DNA of 64,000 bases, taken from NCBI RefSeq assembly GCF_006345805.1, contig NC_043000.1:11160001-11224000 (forward strand), written 5' to 3'. This document shows positions 37,657 to 49,929 of this stretch, piece by piece (within the stretch, counting starts at the first letter, position 1; each line of letters begins with the position of its first letter). Source of the stretch: Octopus sinensis (taxonomy: Eukaryota). Position numbers and translations under genes: made by a program. The notes below the pieces were generated by a model. The model did not search any database, was not told the DNA's origin, and was given only the letters and a program-made list of their open reading frames with translations.

Positions 37657-39060
37657 TATTATATAAAAATTATTGTGCATGTGTGTGTTTGTGCGTGTAT
37701 GTGTAGTAATTATTTTTACAAGTAGATTTTCTTCTCATCTCTAATGATCCAACTGCGAAAACAATAGTAACAGCTGTTTTCAGTTTGGCAAACAGAACCA
37801 TATTTTGTTCAAAGAAACTAGTACAGAATGGCTAGAATTTGAATTTGAACTGATGACCTTGTAGTTGCCAGTTCAGTACCTCAGCACCTACTGTTCCTCC
37901 ATAAAGTATGTAGCACACTACTGTACTAAACAAACTTATCTCTGATGTAATCTATTATATTACTAGTATGTACCAATGGAAAATTAAAGGGTAATTAATA
38001 TTCAGTTTTATAATTGCTTGCAGCAAACTGTATTATAAATGACTAACTGAATAAAATGGCAGAGAGCTAGCAGAACTGTTAGCATGCCAGGTTAAATGCT
38101 TAGCAGTATTTCGTCAATCCTTACGTTCTGAGTTCAAATTCCACTGAGGCCAACTTTGTCTTTTCATACTTTCAAGTTCGATAAAATAAGTACCAGTTGA
38201 GTACTGGAGCTAATGCAATTGACTTAACTACTCCTGGATAAGAGTATAAAAACTGCATCTCTCTGCCAAGCCATGTTGAACCAGCATGGCAAAGTAGGCT
38301 CATCAAACCAGTAAGATCTCAATCTCACATCCACAGCTTCCATTGGAGGAGAGAACATGCTGAGGCCTCTGTCCTGCAGTGGACTAAACTGGAACACTTG
38401 TTGTTACAACCCAGGATAGGCTAAGTACCAGAAACATTCTGTCATTCAGTTCAATCTACTACAGTCTCATCAAAAAATTAACCTTGTTTCCAGTCAAAAG
38501 CCACCAATGTTAAATGTCTGAGATCAGTTGTTGTTACTAAGGTTAAAACTATTAACTTGTTATGTTGCATGAGAGCAACTTAACAAGGTAAACTAGCTTG
38601 ATGTTTATGACAGCTTTTTACATTCCACTCACTGCTGCACTGTTTTCCAAGCTCTAGAACCATACCAGTAATTGTATCAACCTTATATTCCTGTTATGTT
38701 GTAATATAGATGACAATATTAAATACTGTTTTCATTCCTAATATAGGTTAATAAAATTAAAAACTAGAATTGTACTGCTACCAATATTATTATTACATAA
38801 CCAGTATTATTGTAGTCCTAGATATGACTTTAAACTTCATCTAGTTGTGAGGCCCTGACTCAGGAGCTCCAGGATTTTGAGTATAATGGAACCATCGCTT
38901 AACCACTATTGTTCCTAGACCTACTCTAACTTAGACTAGTAGCATCTTTCAGGGTCCTGGATAGGGGTTAAAAAGAATGTAACCACCCAAACTAGGGTAC
39001 ATTGAAAAGGAGGATGTGAAATATTTCGTGAATGAACTTATTGAGTCCATGGCAAATACC

Positions 39061-39293
39061 TATTTCTTTACTACCCACAAGGGGCTAAACACAGAGATGA
39101 CAAACAAGGACAGACAAACAGATTAAGTCGATTATATCGACCCCAGTGCGTAACTGGTACTTATTTAATCGACCCCGAAAGGATGAAAGGCAAAGTCGAT
39201 CTCGGCATAGTTTGAACTCAGAACGTAGCGGCAGACGATATACCACAAAGCATTTCGCCCGGTATGCTAACATTTCTCCCAGCTCGCCGCCTT
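39061..39293 (-). mobile_element. Full family-M SINE with decayed 16-bp TSD
   Basis: gtccatggcaaatacc (39045-39060) vs gtccatggcggatgcc (39299-39314). Confidence 0.88.
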
Positions 39294-39514
39294 AATTTGT
39301 CCATGGCGGATGCCACTAGATGATGAGCAGATGAACAGACAGACAACAAACTGTCAATGGCTAGGATCAACCAGTTCAATTAGCAAACTACTGCCATTAT
39401 CCATAGTCATGGCATGCACAGTTGAGATATTTCAGCAAGCAAAAGACCAATATGATCAAAACCCAGGTCAGGAGTTCATGTCATATTGTTCAATTCAGAC
39501 ATTTTAGACATTAA

Positions 39515-39735
39515 CCCTTTCGTTACTGTATTTATTTTGAGATGCTCTGTGTTTCTTTCAATTATTTTAAATATAACAAAGAATTTAGTAAAATAACTTA
39601 GTTATCATTCAGCTAGTGTTAGGAACATAAATTTTAACCAAGATTTGGTGGAAGATTTGAATTCAAAACTTATGAAAACAAGATATTTGTACCCTAGCGC
39701 CAGAGCCGGTTTCAGACGGGTTGATAACAAAAGGG
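39515..39735. mobile_element. piggyBac-type MITE
   Basis: TTAA flanks; same family as 15203 and 59431. Confidence 0.88.
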
Positions 39736-40534
39736 TTAAAAAGATACGTTGATCCAGGCAAGTTGCTCAACCAGATTATTGTTAAATCTATTGTGGTTAA
39801 GTTTGGTTGATATAGAATGTGTGGTTATGCTATAAAAGAGACTCATGTCTATACTGTGTCACATCCATCGTCTCTACCTGCAGTCATCTAGTCATGATGT
39901 TGATAATATTTTAACCTGTGACATGTATCAGACTATGATGCCAAAGACCAGATTCTTTGCTACATGCCCAACTTCAGTTTTTAATTTACATCTCTTATGG
40001 CTTCCGTGTCGGTGGCACGTAAAAAGCACCATCCGAATTGTGGCCGAAGCCAGTGCCGCCTCGACTGGCTTCCGTGCAGGTGGCACGTAAAATGCACCAA
40101 TCCGACCGTGGCTGATGCCAGCCTCGCCTGGCACGAGTGCGGGTGGCACGTAAAAAGCACCCACTACACTCACGGAGTGGCTGGCGTTAGGAAGGGCATC
40201 CAGCTGTAGAAACATTGCCAGATAAGACCGGAGCCTGGTGCAGCCTTCTGGCTTCCCAGATCCCCGGTCGAACCGTCCAACCCATGCTAGCATGGAGAAC
40301 GGATGTTAAACGATGATGATGATGATGATCTCTGTCTCAACTCGCTTGCATGTCTAGACATGAATGAAATCAGCAAAACAAATTCATTTTCTCTACATAA
40401 CAGAAGTAATTCAAATTAATTTGTTTATATTCGCTTCATTAAATATATTATCCGGTACTTAACTAATACCATACACTAACCTCATTTTCTCATATGTTAT
40501 TGTTGTTGATTTTTCTTCCTCTTTAACTCCAGAT

Positions 40535-40797
40535 CAGTGGTCCTCAACCATTCTCCCACTATGGAACCCTTTCATTACTATTTTACTTTACTGGACTCTC
40601 CTAGCTCTTCAATGTTTAAAAAAATCCTATTATTATATTTTTATAATCAAAAATAATTAGGAATTATATAAAAGAAATTGTTAAAATATTCTGTGTATCA
40701 TAGAATAATGACCAATTTATTGCATATAAATTTTGACAAAAAAATCTTATATGGGCCACCAAAGGTCTTATGCAACCTCAAGGGTTGAGAACCACTA
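40535..40797. mobile_element. hAT (Charlie-like) MITE
   Basis: cagtggtcctcaacc...ggttgagaaccacta; 8-bp TSD ctccagat/ctctagac (NTCTAGAN type). Confidence 0.75.
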
Positions 40798-41127
40798 CTC
40801 TAGACCATCATGGAATTGTGATCAAAATCACTCCAGCTACTATTTCCCATCTTTTTCCCAAGTACACTACATGAAGGACCACATATATCCTATATGGTCT
40901 TCTTTTCTAAAATACTTTGGTATATCAGATAGCAATATTTATACTGTCAGGATTATTATTTGGAAGAACAAGACAAGTACTAAGCACCTACTTCCACATA
41001 AAAAAAAATCAACTAAAACTGTGAGACTCCTAGGATGAGATGATGAAGCCTTGACGAAATGACAAGTTGCTTACTATAGTGACTATTTTGTTTCTTATAT
41101 ATATATATATATATATATAGGTTTTGA

Positions 41128-41188
41128 AACCACCTGAAGAATGTCTCAAAGATGTGCTGAAATAAGACATGAAACGATCGTAGTGGTT
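41128..41188 (+). ncRNA. Minimal type I hammerhead ribozyme, sequence-complete
   Basis: AACCAC-CUGAAGA-AUGUCU-18 nt-AGACAU-GAAA-CGAUCG-U-A-GUGGUU; stems I and II are perfect 6 bp; stem III is the palindrome ACGAUCGU; predicted cleavage after A41182. Confidence 0.85.
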
Positions 41189-41732
41189 ATTTATAAATGT
41201 TAAATTTCTAAATTTATATAAATTATTTTATGTATTGGCTTAAGTCTTTCTTTGTTTGATTTGCATAATAGTGGTTTTGTCTCTAATTTATATAATATAT
41301 ATATATATATATATATACATATATAAGCAGCTATTAGTGTAACTAGTAGTTATATATATATATACATGCACACTCACACACACACATGCATGCATGCATG
41401 TGCAAACACACACACACATATCAAACTGTGTGGACTAGAATCCCTGTTCAAAGACCCCTGATATTAAATAAAGTGTTAAACACTTGTGGTATGCAAATTA
41501 GTAGCCCCAGTTTTCTGTAGCTACTGGATTTGAGGAGTATATAAACAGGTTGTCTACTTGTCCCTCTGGGATTGGTTAAATTGACACAGACACTGCTGAT
41601 GAACACCCAATAATGTTTGATAATTAATTCAGGCTCTTCATAATTTTTTAAATCCATCTACAGAGGGATAGGTAAATTACCCCTGTTTATATATTTACTA
41701 CATAGGTTATATATATATATATGTCTGTGTGT

Positions 41733-42559
41733 ATCATCATCATCGTTTAACGTCCGTTCTCCATGCTAGCATGGGTTGGACGGTTCGACCGGGGATCTGG
41801 GAAGCCAGAAGGCTGCACCAGGCTCCAGTCTAATCTGGCAATGTTTCTACAGCTGGATGCCCTTCCTAACGCCAACCACTCTGTGAGTGTAGTGGGTGCT
41901 TTTTACGTGCCACCTGCACAGGTGCCAGGCGAGGCTGGCAACGGCCACGGTCGGATTGGTGTATTTTATGTGCCACCAGCACGGAAGCTACTCGAGGCGG
42001 TGCTGGCATCGGCCACGAGTCGGATAGTGCTTTTTACGTACCACCAGACCAGGGATCCTGGCTGGTTCAATTCGATTTCGATTTCGCTTGCCCCAACATG
42101 TCTTCACAAGCAAAGGGGGTTGGCATGGGTGCCTGTCGTACGGTCGGATTGGAGTATTTTACGTGCCACCAGCACGGAAGCCAGTGGAAGCGGCGCTGGC
42201 ATCGGCCACGAGTCGGATATTGCTTTTTACATACCAGCCACCGGCACGGAAGCCAGTGGAAGCGGCGCTGGCATCAGCCACAAGTCGGATAGTGCTTTTT
42301 ACGTACCACCAGACCAGGGATCCTGGCTGGTTCAATTCGGTTTCGATTTTCGATTTCGCTTGCCCCAACATGTCTTTGCAAGCAGAGGGGGTTCGCATGG
42401 GTGCCTGTCGTCGGATGAGGTTCTATATCGACTTCGCTTGCCTCAACAGGTCTTTGTGTCCAAGGGAGGAAAGGCATTCATAAGTGGGCTGGGCTCACCT
42501 GTCCTGCCTGGTCTTCTCACGTACAGAATATTTCCAAAGGTCTCGCTCGCTGGTCATTT
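41733..42559 (-). mobile_element. RTE LINE 3' end with an internal ~265-bp tandem duplication
   Basis: ORF2 end MTSERDLWKYSVREKTRQDR*, then (gaaatc)n, tandem units and (GAT)n tail. Confidence 0.85.
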
Positions 42560-42666
42560 TAGGAAACTGGATTTTCTAGGATCTTCCATGGTATTATGTA
42601 TGGAGTTACTTCGTCTTTCAGTCGCCATACATGGCTGGCTAAAGACATAGCATATCTCCTGCTTGA
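42560..42666 (-). pseudogene. Penelope-like endonuclease fragment
   Basis: RRYAMSLASHVWRLKDEVTPYIIPWKILENP, homologous to 31325-31570. Confidence 0.75.
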
Positions 42667-42971
42667 GTTAGGGGTGGGGGAAGGGTATCTTTTTTTCTTC
42701 ACAAATGTAAATAAACCCAATCTGTTTCTTAAACGAGGGACATATTCATTATGCACAGAATGTTGTTTACGTCAATGGAGGTAATCGATTGGTTAAAATT
42801 GAAGAAATGCAAGAAATTAAAGTTGAAATTTGTTAGAAACTATAGAATTTTCTCAATAAAGCCAAGAGAAAATGATGTTTTATAAACACATTCTACCAGT
42901 ATACAAAGTTTAAAATTATTTAGTTACCTAGAAATTATGTTATAAACTGCCATTCAAACCGTAAAGATCCA
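42667..42971 (-). mobile_element. Truncated copy of the 47416 MITE
   Basis: Reverse complement of about 47416-47715, including one TIR. Confidence 0.8.
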
Positions 42972-43005
42972 AATAAATAATTATATATATATATATATAT
43001 ATATA

Positions 43006-44511
43006 CGAGGGACGTTCAATAAGTAATGCCTCTGACCCACTTGCAGTTGTTTGATCTAGCTGAAATTTTGCATGAGCAATCATTTATATCTCTATAGAGT
43101 AAAAGAGTAAGTGGCAAATTACAGCTCTGAATTAATTGTGGTTTCTGATTTACAGGTGTTTGAACCGAGTCAAGTGTGAAATGGAGCCTGTTGAGTGTCG
43201 AGCAGTGATCCGGTTTTTTTATTTGAAAGGACGCACACCACGGGAGACTTTTGATGAAATGAAAGTAACTTATCATCATCATCATTGTTCGACCGTGGTC
43301 GAGACAATGGAATTTACCATGTTGCGCCAGACTTCACGGTCCATCATAGCATTACGGAGGTCCTGTTGCTGGATGCCTGTATCCCTGGAGATTACATCAG
43401 GGTAGGAGAGTGTGCGCCCTCTGGTGTTGTGAGTAGATGGCTTCCAGAGGAGAAGAGTAGAAATTACTACTAGTAACTTATGGTGATGATGCCCCATCAT
43501 ATGACCTTGTAAAACGCTGGCATCGTGAATTCAAACATGGTCGGAACTCTGTGGAAACAGCTCCCAGATCTGGTCGCCCCCTTCTGCCATTGATGAGGCA
43601 TGTGTCCATCAATTTGAGGCTGCCATTTTGGAAGATCGACGCATAATTATTCGCCAAATAGCCCATGAGGTCAAGATTAGTACCGGGTCTGTGGAAACTA
43701 TCATTCATGACCATTTGCATATGCAAAAGGTGTCTGCCAGATGGATTCCGAGGTTGCTCACGCCTTTCCAGAAGTAAGAACGCGTCGAGTGCTCGAGGGT
43801 GAATTTGGAGATGTGCCAAGAAGATGAGTCAAAATTTTTCAAAAGACTGATTACACAGGATGAAACCTGGGTCCATCACGATGATCCAGAGACCAAAGCC
43901 CAGTCAATGCAGTGGAAGCACCATGACTCGCCCCCTCCAAAGAAGGCAAGGGTGCAGCCCTCCGCTGGCAAGGTCATGCTCACAGTCTTCTGGGACCAGG
44001 ACAGAGTAGTGATGACAGATTTCCTGGCAAAGGGTACCACAATTGCAGGAGCCTATTATGCTTCACTTTCGAGGAAATTAAGAGAAGTTATCAAAATCAA
44101 GAGGCGGGGCAAGATCAGCAAAGGCATCCTCCTCCTGCAGGACAACGCTCCGGTCCACAACTCGCTTGTCGCCAGATCAGAAGAACAGGCATATGGCTAT
44201 GAACTCCTCCCCATCCCCCCTACTTTCCTGACCTTGCACCCTCTGATTTTCACCTCTTCCCAATCATGAAGTTGTTTTGAAAGGAAAGCGTTTCCCAGAT
44301 GATGCAGCCTTGATTTCTGAAGTCACGTTGAGGTTGGAGGACCAAGCTAGGTTCTTCTACAAAAACGGTCTCCAGAGCCGCATCAAACGATGGGAGAAAT
44401 GCGTAACTCTGGGTAGTTCCTATGTAGAAAAAGACTAATAACTGTGCCAAGTTTCGTTGCTCTACTGCTATGGGAAGTGGGTCAGGGGCATTACTTATTG
44501 AACGCCCCTCG
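43006..44511 (+). mobile_element. Full-length defective mariner (irritans/Himar1-like, DD34D)
   Basis: 37-bp TIRs (35/37) between (TA)n tracts; WIPRLL, ITQDETWVH, QDNAPVH, HPP..PDLAPSDF motifs; in-frame stop and frameshifts; about 1.3 kb without the insert. Confidence 0.95.
43274..43471 (-). mobile_element. Short RTE insertion inside the mariner ORF
   Basis: TSD agtaacttat at 43264-43273 and 43472-43481; removal restores MKVTY-GDDAPSYDLVKRW; same family as 4238. Confidence 0.9.
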
Positions 44512-44572
<61 letters not shown>

Positions 44573-44573
44573 G

Positions 44574-44611
<38 letters not shown>

Positions 44612-44645
44612 ATTATATATATATTTATATATATATATATAGATA

Positions 44646-44882
44646 TAGCAACGATTTGCCTCACCACACACCGAATTTAGAAAATGACTTAATTCCGAAA
44701 CGTACGTCCGTAGGTGACTTAATGTAGAATGATTGTCGTCATTTCTTTCTCTTTTGCCTGCGTTGTTGCTTTTTAAGTGCTGTGATTTTACGGGATCTCC
44801 CTTTTAAGTAGAAAGAATAGCCAAAACTTTTTGACTGCTATTTCGAAATTCGGGTGGTGTGTGTTGAGGCAAATCGTTGCTA
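44646..44882. mobile_element. TA-flanked MITE
   Basis: TIR gcaacgatttgcctca..cacacc(acc)cgaattt at both ends. Confidence 0.75.
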
Positions 44883-44960
44883 AAACCCTAATTACTTAGT
44901 ATTACTTAAACCTTCCTTGAATGGGGCTTTTACATGCCGAACTCTACTTGGTGAAATTAA

Positions 44961-45010
<50 letters not shown>

Positions 45011-45020
45011 CCTTCATATC

Positions 45021-45100
45021 GGCTACCTCTGATGAGCGTAATTATATAATTGGATTGTTATCTAACACTATTATATTTTGCGTGAAAACGATTCGTAAGA
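45021..45100 (+). ncRNA. Degenerate hammerhead-like motif
   Basis: CUGAUGA at 45029-45035, stem II gcgtaa/ttgcgt, GAAAA, palindrome ACGA-U-UCGU then A; stem I only 2 bp. Confidence 0.4.
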
Positions 45101-46322
45101 CAAATCGTGATGGATAATTAAAGCTATAAAATTCGGATAATATATATATACTTCAAAGTGTATATATAAATATGTGTGTGTATCTTATGTCAATGAGTTT
45201 CCCCCACACATTTCAGCACACAAAATTTGTTAGCATTTTATATTTTCTCCTTAATTACGAGTAAAGTTGTTATAATGTATATTGCCTTCTCCCGTTCCTT
45301 ATCCATTTATTTTGGCCTATATTATGAATAGGGTTTTAGATATAATTGTCAGTATCCGGCCCCCGAGATCTAGTTCATACCCCATTCCAGCCACAAACGA
45401 GTTAGTTATCCCTACTCTTCTTGTAGCCGCTTGGCCTGTTTAAGGCAGCAGCCAAATCACCTTCAAGTTAGAGCTTCTTCTCTTGAAGAAAGATAATATA
45501 ATCCCAGATACCATACACAACGTATGAAAATTACGGGATGGCGACGACTTCAACAATAGATAATGTAGTTATTAGCTACATCTATGGTAACAAGATACAA
45601 CCGCCAACACCAACACCAAACAATAGCTTGTAGTTTGTCAAAATATACTGATTTGATCTGTTCGGACTTGCATCAGGAAATCTCTTGAATAAGTTTAATT
45701 CTGACTGACTAATAATAACTAAAGGTCATCTCTGATTCAGAATGAATATGAAAAATGAATTAAGAAACATTACAGAAACAACAACAACGACAACAACAAC
45801 AAGTAGCGGCTGCTGCAACAAGTTTTGTGGAAAAGCAAAAGTAAAAATTACAAATTAGAGAAATAAAAGTTCCGGCAGACTATATCCTGACCTAAATGAT
45901 CTGTTTACTGGAAGGATAATAAGAACGAGAGAGAAAGAAAGCGAGCGAGAGAGAGAGAGAGAGAGAGAGAGAAGCCTTTTATGTTTATCAGTATTCAGTG
46001 CATTAAAACTAAGGAAAAAATGAAACAATGAGCTTATTGAAGTGAGATCTCTACAATTTCCTGTCGCTACTGTAATGTACTTCCATCCAGTTCATCAGAC
46101 TTAGATCAGTTCTAAAAATTGGTTATAATTGACGTATTTGCTACTAATACTGGCAACAACAAAAGTAAGAAAAATAAATAGGATTTTTTTTTTTAATACA
46201 TTTATCTCGCCCTGAAAGCACTTATGTTACTAACGTTATATCCGTATGTTTTTATACGGTTGTTGTCGCGAGCAAACATCGACAACTTCTTGACCCTCCC
46301 CACCGTCAACTCTGTGGAACAT

Positions 46323-47151
46323 CTATTTCTTTATTGCCCACAGGGGGCTAAACATAGAGGGGACAGACAAGGGGATTAAGTCAATTACATCGACCCCAGT
46401 GCGTAACTGGTACTTATTTAATCGATCCCGAAAGGATGAAAGGCAAAGTCGAGGATGTGACAGCTTGGGGAAGAGAGGACAGCACCAGTACTTGGCTGGT
46501 AGCCATTTGCTGCTCAGTTGCAAACCTGAGTAATGGGAAACAATGATCAAGGACTCAGCGCGCTGCCCGTCCTAGAACCGAATCCACTTAAAGATGTGCG
46601 TGGCCTAATAGTTAATCTGTTGGCTTTACAAGGTCGCGGGTTCAGTTCCGTGACCGGGCGGCGTTCATGTGTATCTTTCACGATACTGCAGCCAACACAG
46701 ATGAACGTGAATACCTATTTCTTTACTACCCACAAAGGGCCAAACACAGAGAGGACAAACAAGGACAGACGTAGGTATTAAGTCGATTACATCGACCCCA
46801 GTGCGTACTGGTACTTAATTTATCGACCCGGAAAGTATGAAAGGCAAAGTCGACCTCGGCGGAATTCGAACTCAGAACGTAATGACAGACGAAATATCAC
46901 TATGCATTTTGCCCGGCGTACTAACGTTTCTGCCAGCTCGCTGCCTTATGAACGTGAATACCTATTTCTTTATTACCCACAAGGGGCTAAACACAGAGGG
47001 GACAAACAAGGACAGACATAGATATTAAGTCGATTACATCGACCCCAGTGTGTAACTGGTACTTAATTTATCGACCCCGAAAGGATGAAAGGCAAAGTCG
47101 ACCTCGGCGGGATTTGAACTCACAACGTAATGGCAGACGAACGTGAATACC
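46323..47151 (-). mobile_element. Family-M SINE tandem array with a triplicated target sequence
   Basis: (at)gaacgtgaatacc at 46701-46715, 46948-46962 and 47139-47151 separates the copies. Confidence 0.88.
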
Positions 47152-47415
47152 AGCTTCATGTTGATGCAGACCTCTCTCCCTTCAGCAGTCACATCCTCAA
47201 TGTTTCACTGGGTCAAACGTGGGAAGGCCGAGAGGTTGTTTTATCTACTCGACACTATACAAGTATCTGTAAGGCAGTGGAGCTGGCAGAATCGTTAACA
47301 TGCCTGACAAAATGCTTAGCAGCCTTTCGTCCGTCGTTACGTTCTGATTTCAAATTCCGCCGAGGTCGACTTTGCCTTTCATCCTTTCAGGGGTGATAAA
47401 ATAAGTACCACTTAT

Positions 47416-47832
47416 GAGATCTTTTCGGTTTGAACGGCAGTTTTTTAAGATAATTTCCACGTAACTAAACACTTTTAAACTTCGTATACTGGTAGAATGT
47501 GTTTATAAAACATCTTTTTCTCTTGGCTTTATTGAGAAAATTCTATAGTTTGTAAGATATTTGTTGTTTTTTCTTCAATTTCTGCAATTCCAACCAATCA
47601 ATGACGTCTATTGAGGTGAAAACATTCTGTGCCATATGAAAATGTCCCTCGTTTAAGAAACAGATTGGGTTTGTTTACATTTCTGAAGAAAAAAGATACC
47701 CTTCCCCCCCATCCCTAGCCCTAGCCCTAAAACAGATTGAAATGCATTAGATTGATACTAGGGTCATAATTATGGGTGACAATTTCTTATGACACCGCTA
47801 GAAAAAACTGCCGTTCAAACTGAAAAGATCCC
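47416..47832. mobile_element. MITE with ~31-bp TIRs inserted in a family-M SINE
   Basis: gagatcttttcggtttgaacggcagtttttt...aaaaaactgccgttcaaactgaaaagatccc; 6-bp TSD acttat/agttat; internal ccctagccctagccctaa. Confidence 0.85.
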
Positions 47833-48419
47833 AGTTATGTACTGGAGTCAATGTAATCGACTCCCCTGAAATTGCTGCCAAAATTTGAAACAATTAGCAA
47901 AAGCAGCATAGTCGCTACAAGGCAGTGGCAGCTCGTGCATAGGCACTGCAGAACTGCAGCCCCTTCCCCATTTCCACTCGATATTATCAATAATGAGTCC
48001 TTTTTTCTTTAATTCTTTCTTTATGCTTATATATTTATATAATCCTTAAGCTTAATGTCAGTAGCCATCCCCTAGTTTATGAAAAGAAAATACAAAAATC
48101 CTTGTATAGAACTGTGCACTTCACAGTTCCAGCAACGCAGTGTTTGGCTGTTGTGTTTATGCTCACATGTCCGAGATAAGAAGCTTCATGCTAAGGAGAA
48201 AATGCACTGTTGTTCATGCAGTACCAGTGCATTTTGCTTGTCTATATATTTTTATGGAAGACAACATTGATCATACATGATATTCTTCTCTCACCATTCT
48301 GATGTTGTTCAAGAGAAAAGTATAAAGTTGCTGCATTTAGAGATATGGTTGTGTTCAATATGCACAAAAGAAAATACCAGATATTCCATATAATGGATCC
48401 AATGTAAACTATGAACTTG

Positions 48420-48900
48420 CAAGAAGTACTGTGCAATCATAGATAGGTTGATAGAGAAGGTAAACTTTGTATGCAGTAAGGTTACACTTGACATAAATCC
48501 ACTCAAGTGTTGGGAAAGTTCCATAAGTGTAGGCAACCCTTAATGTTTCTTAAATGACCTAGCTAGCAACAGAAGTAGGTGTAGCAAAAACGTAAAACAG
48601 AAAAAGTTTCTAAAAGCTAAAACTTCTATTGGTGATGATGGTTTCTCTGTGAATGAAGTGCAGATTTTAAGATGCTTTTATACAAAGTGTGGAAAAGTTG
48701 CATAGTAGTGAGATGTGGGGCCTTGAATGCTGAGGAATTTCGAAGGAAGGAAAAAAATTAATCAAGCTTGCTTTACTGGATGGATAATATTAGCGTGCAT
48801 AAATGATAGGAGTACAATTAAGCAGAGAGAAATGTTGGATGTAAGAGGAGAAATCCTGAAGACAGATCCCGGATCTTTCCAATGTTTATTTGCTTTCTTT
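48420..48900 (+). pseudogene. Highly decayed RTE ORF2 remnant
   Basis: DRLIEKVNFVCSK and HSSEMWGLNAE motifs. Confidence 0.5.
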
Positions 48901-49545
48901 ACTGGTTGAATTTATGTCTGCCAACATTATGAAATAACTCTGAACCCCCAGAAACAGCTGTCAGACTTGTAACACTTTAACTCCTCTCCTTTAATTTTCT
49001 GTATATTTCTATCCCGTGTGAGTTTGCTCTGTTAATCATCATCATCATTTAACGTCCGCTTTCCATGCTGCTATGGGTTGGACAGTTTGATTGAGGTTTC
49101 ACCAGGCTCCAATCTGATCTGGCAATGTTTCTACAGTTGGATGCCCTTCCTAATGCCAACCACTCCATGAGTGTAAGTGGGTGCTTTTTATGTGCCACTG
49201 GTGCAGGAGCTAGTCAGGTGGGCCTGGCATTGATCACATTTAGATAGTGCTTTTTATGTACCAGCAGCATGGGGGCCAGTCAGCGGGTACAGGCATCAGC
49301 CATGTTCGGACCGTGCTTTATATATATATATATTTATACTTGAATATTCAATGTCTGAAAATTTTCAGTTTCTGCTTTCTCTCTGTTTACATGTATACAC
49401 GTACGTATATTTCGTATATCAAACACAAGCAGTTTTATTTGTTTATTTGCATCATTGTCTCTATTATATACATTTACACACACACACACATATATACAGT
49501 ACTGGAAACATTATTATGGATTTTTGAAATTTTTGCTATTTCTAT

Positions 49546-49929
49546 AGGAGTGGCTGTGTGGTAAGTAGCTTGCTTATCAACCACATGATTCCGGGTTCAG
49601 TCCCACTGCGTGACATCTTGGGCAAGTGTCTTCTACTATAGCCTCGGGCCAACCAAAGCCTTGTGAGTGGAAACTGAAAGACCATCGTATATATGTATAT
49701 ATATTTGTATGTGTGTGTGTGTATACGTTTGTGTGTCTGTGTTTGTCCCCCCGCAACATCGCTTAACAACCAATGCTGGTGTGTTTACGTTCCCGTAACT
49801 TAGCAGTTCATCGAAAGAGACCGATAGAATAAGTACTAGGCTTACAAAATATAAGTCCTGGGATCGATTTGCTCGACTAAATGCGGTGCTCCAGCATGGC
49901 CACAGTCAAATGACTGAAACAAGTAAAAC
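49546..49929 (+). mobile_element. Full family-K SINE nested in the Tc1 element
   Basis: Head, internal microsatellite and 3' half all present. Confidence 0.88.

Noticed and set aside
41036-41066. tgatgaagcc...cgaaatg motif upstream of the intact hammerhead
   Set aside because: Lacks C3 and convincing stems II and III; may be chance.
41763-42650. 295-aa ORF
   Set aside because: Antisense reading of a GC-rich RTE 3'UTR with tandem units; no protein-like motifs.
44673-44708. Half-hammerhead (gaatt/aattc stem, GAAA-CGUACG-UC) inside a MITE
   Set aside because: No CUGANGA upstream and no stem I, so not callable as a ribozyme.
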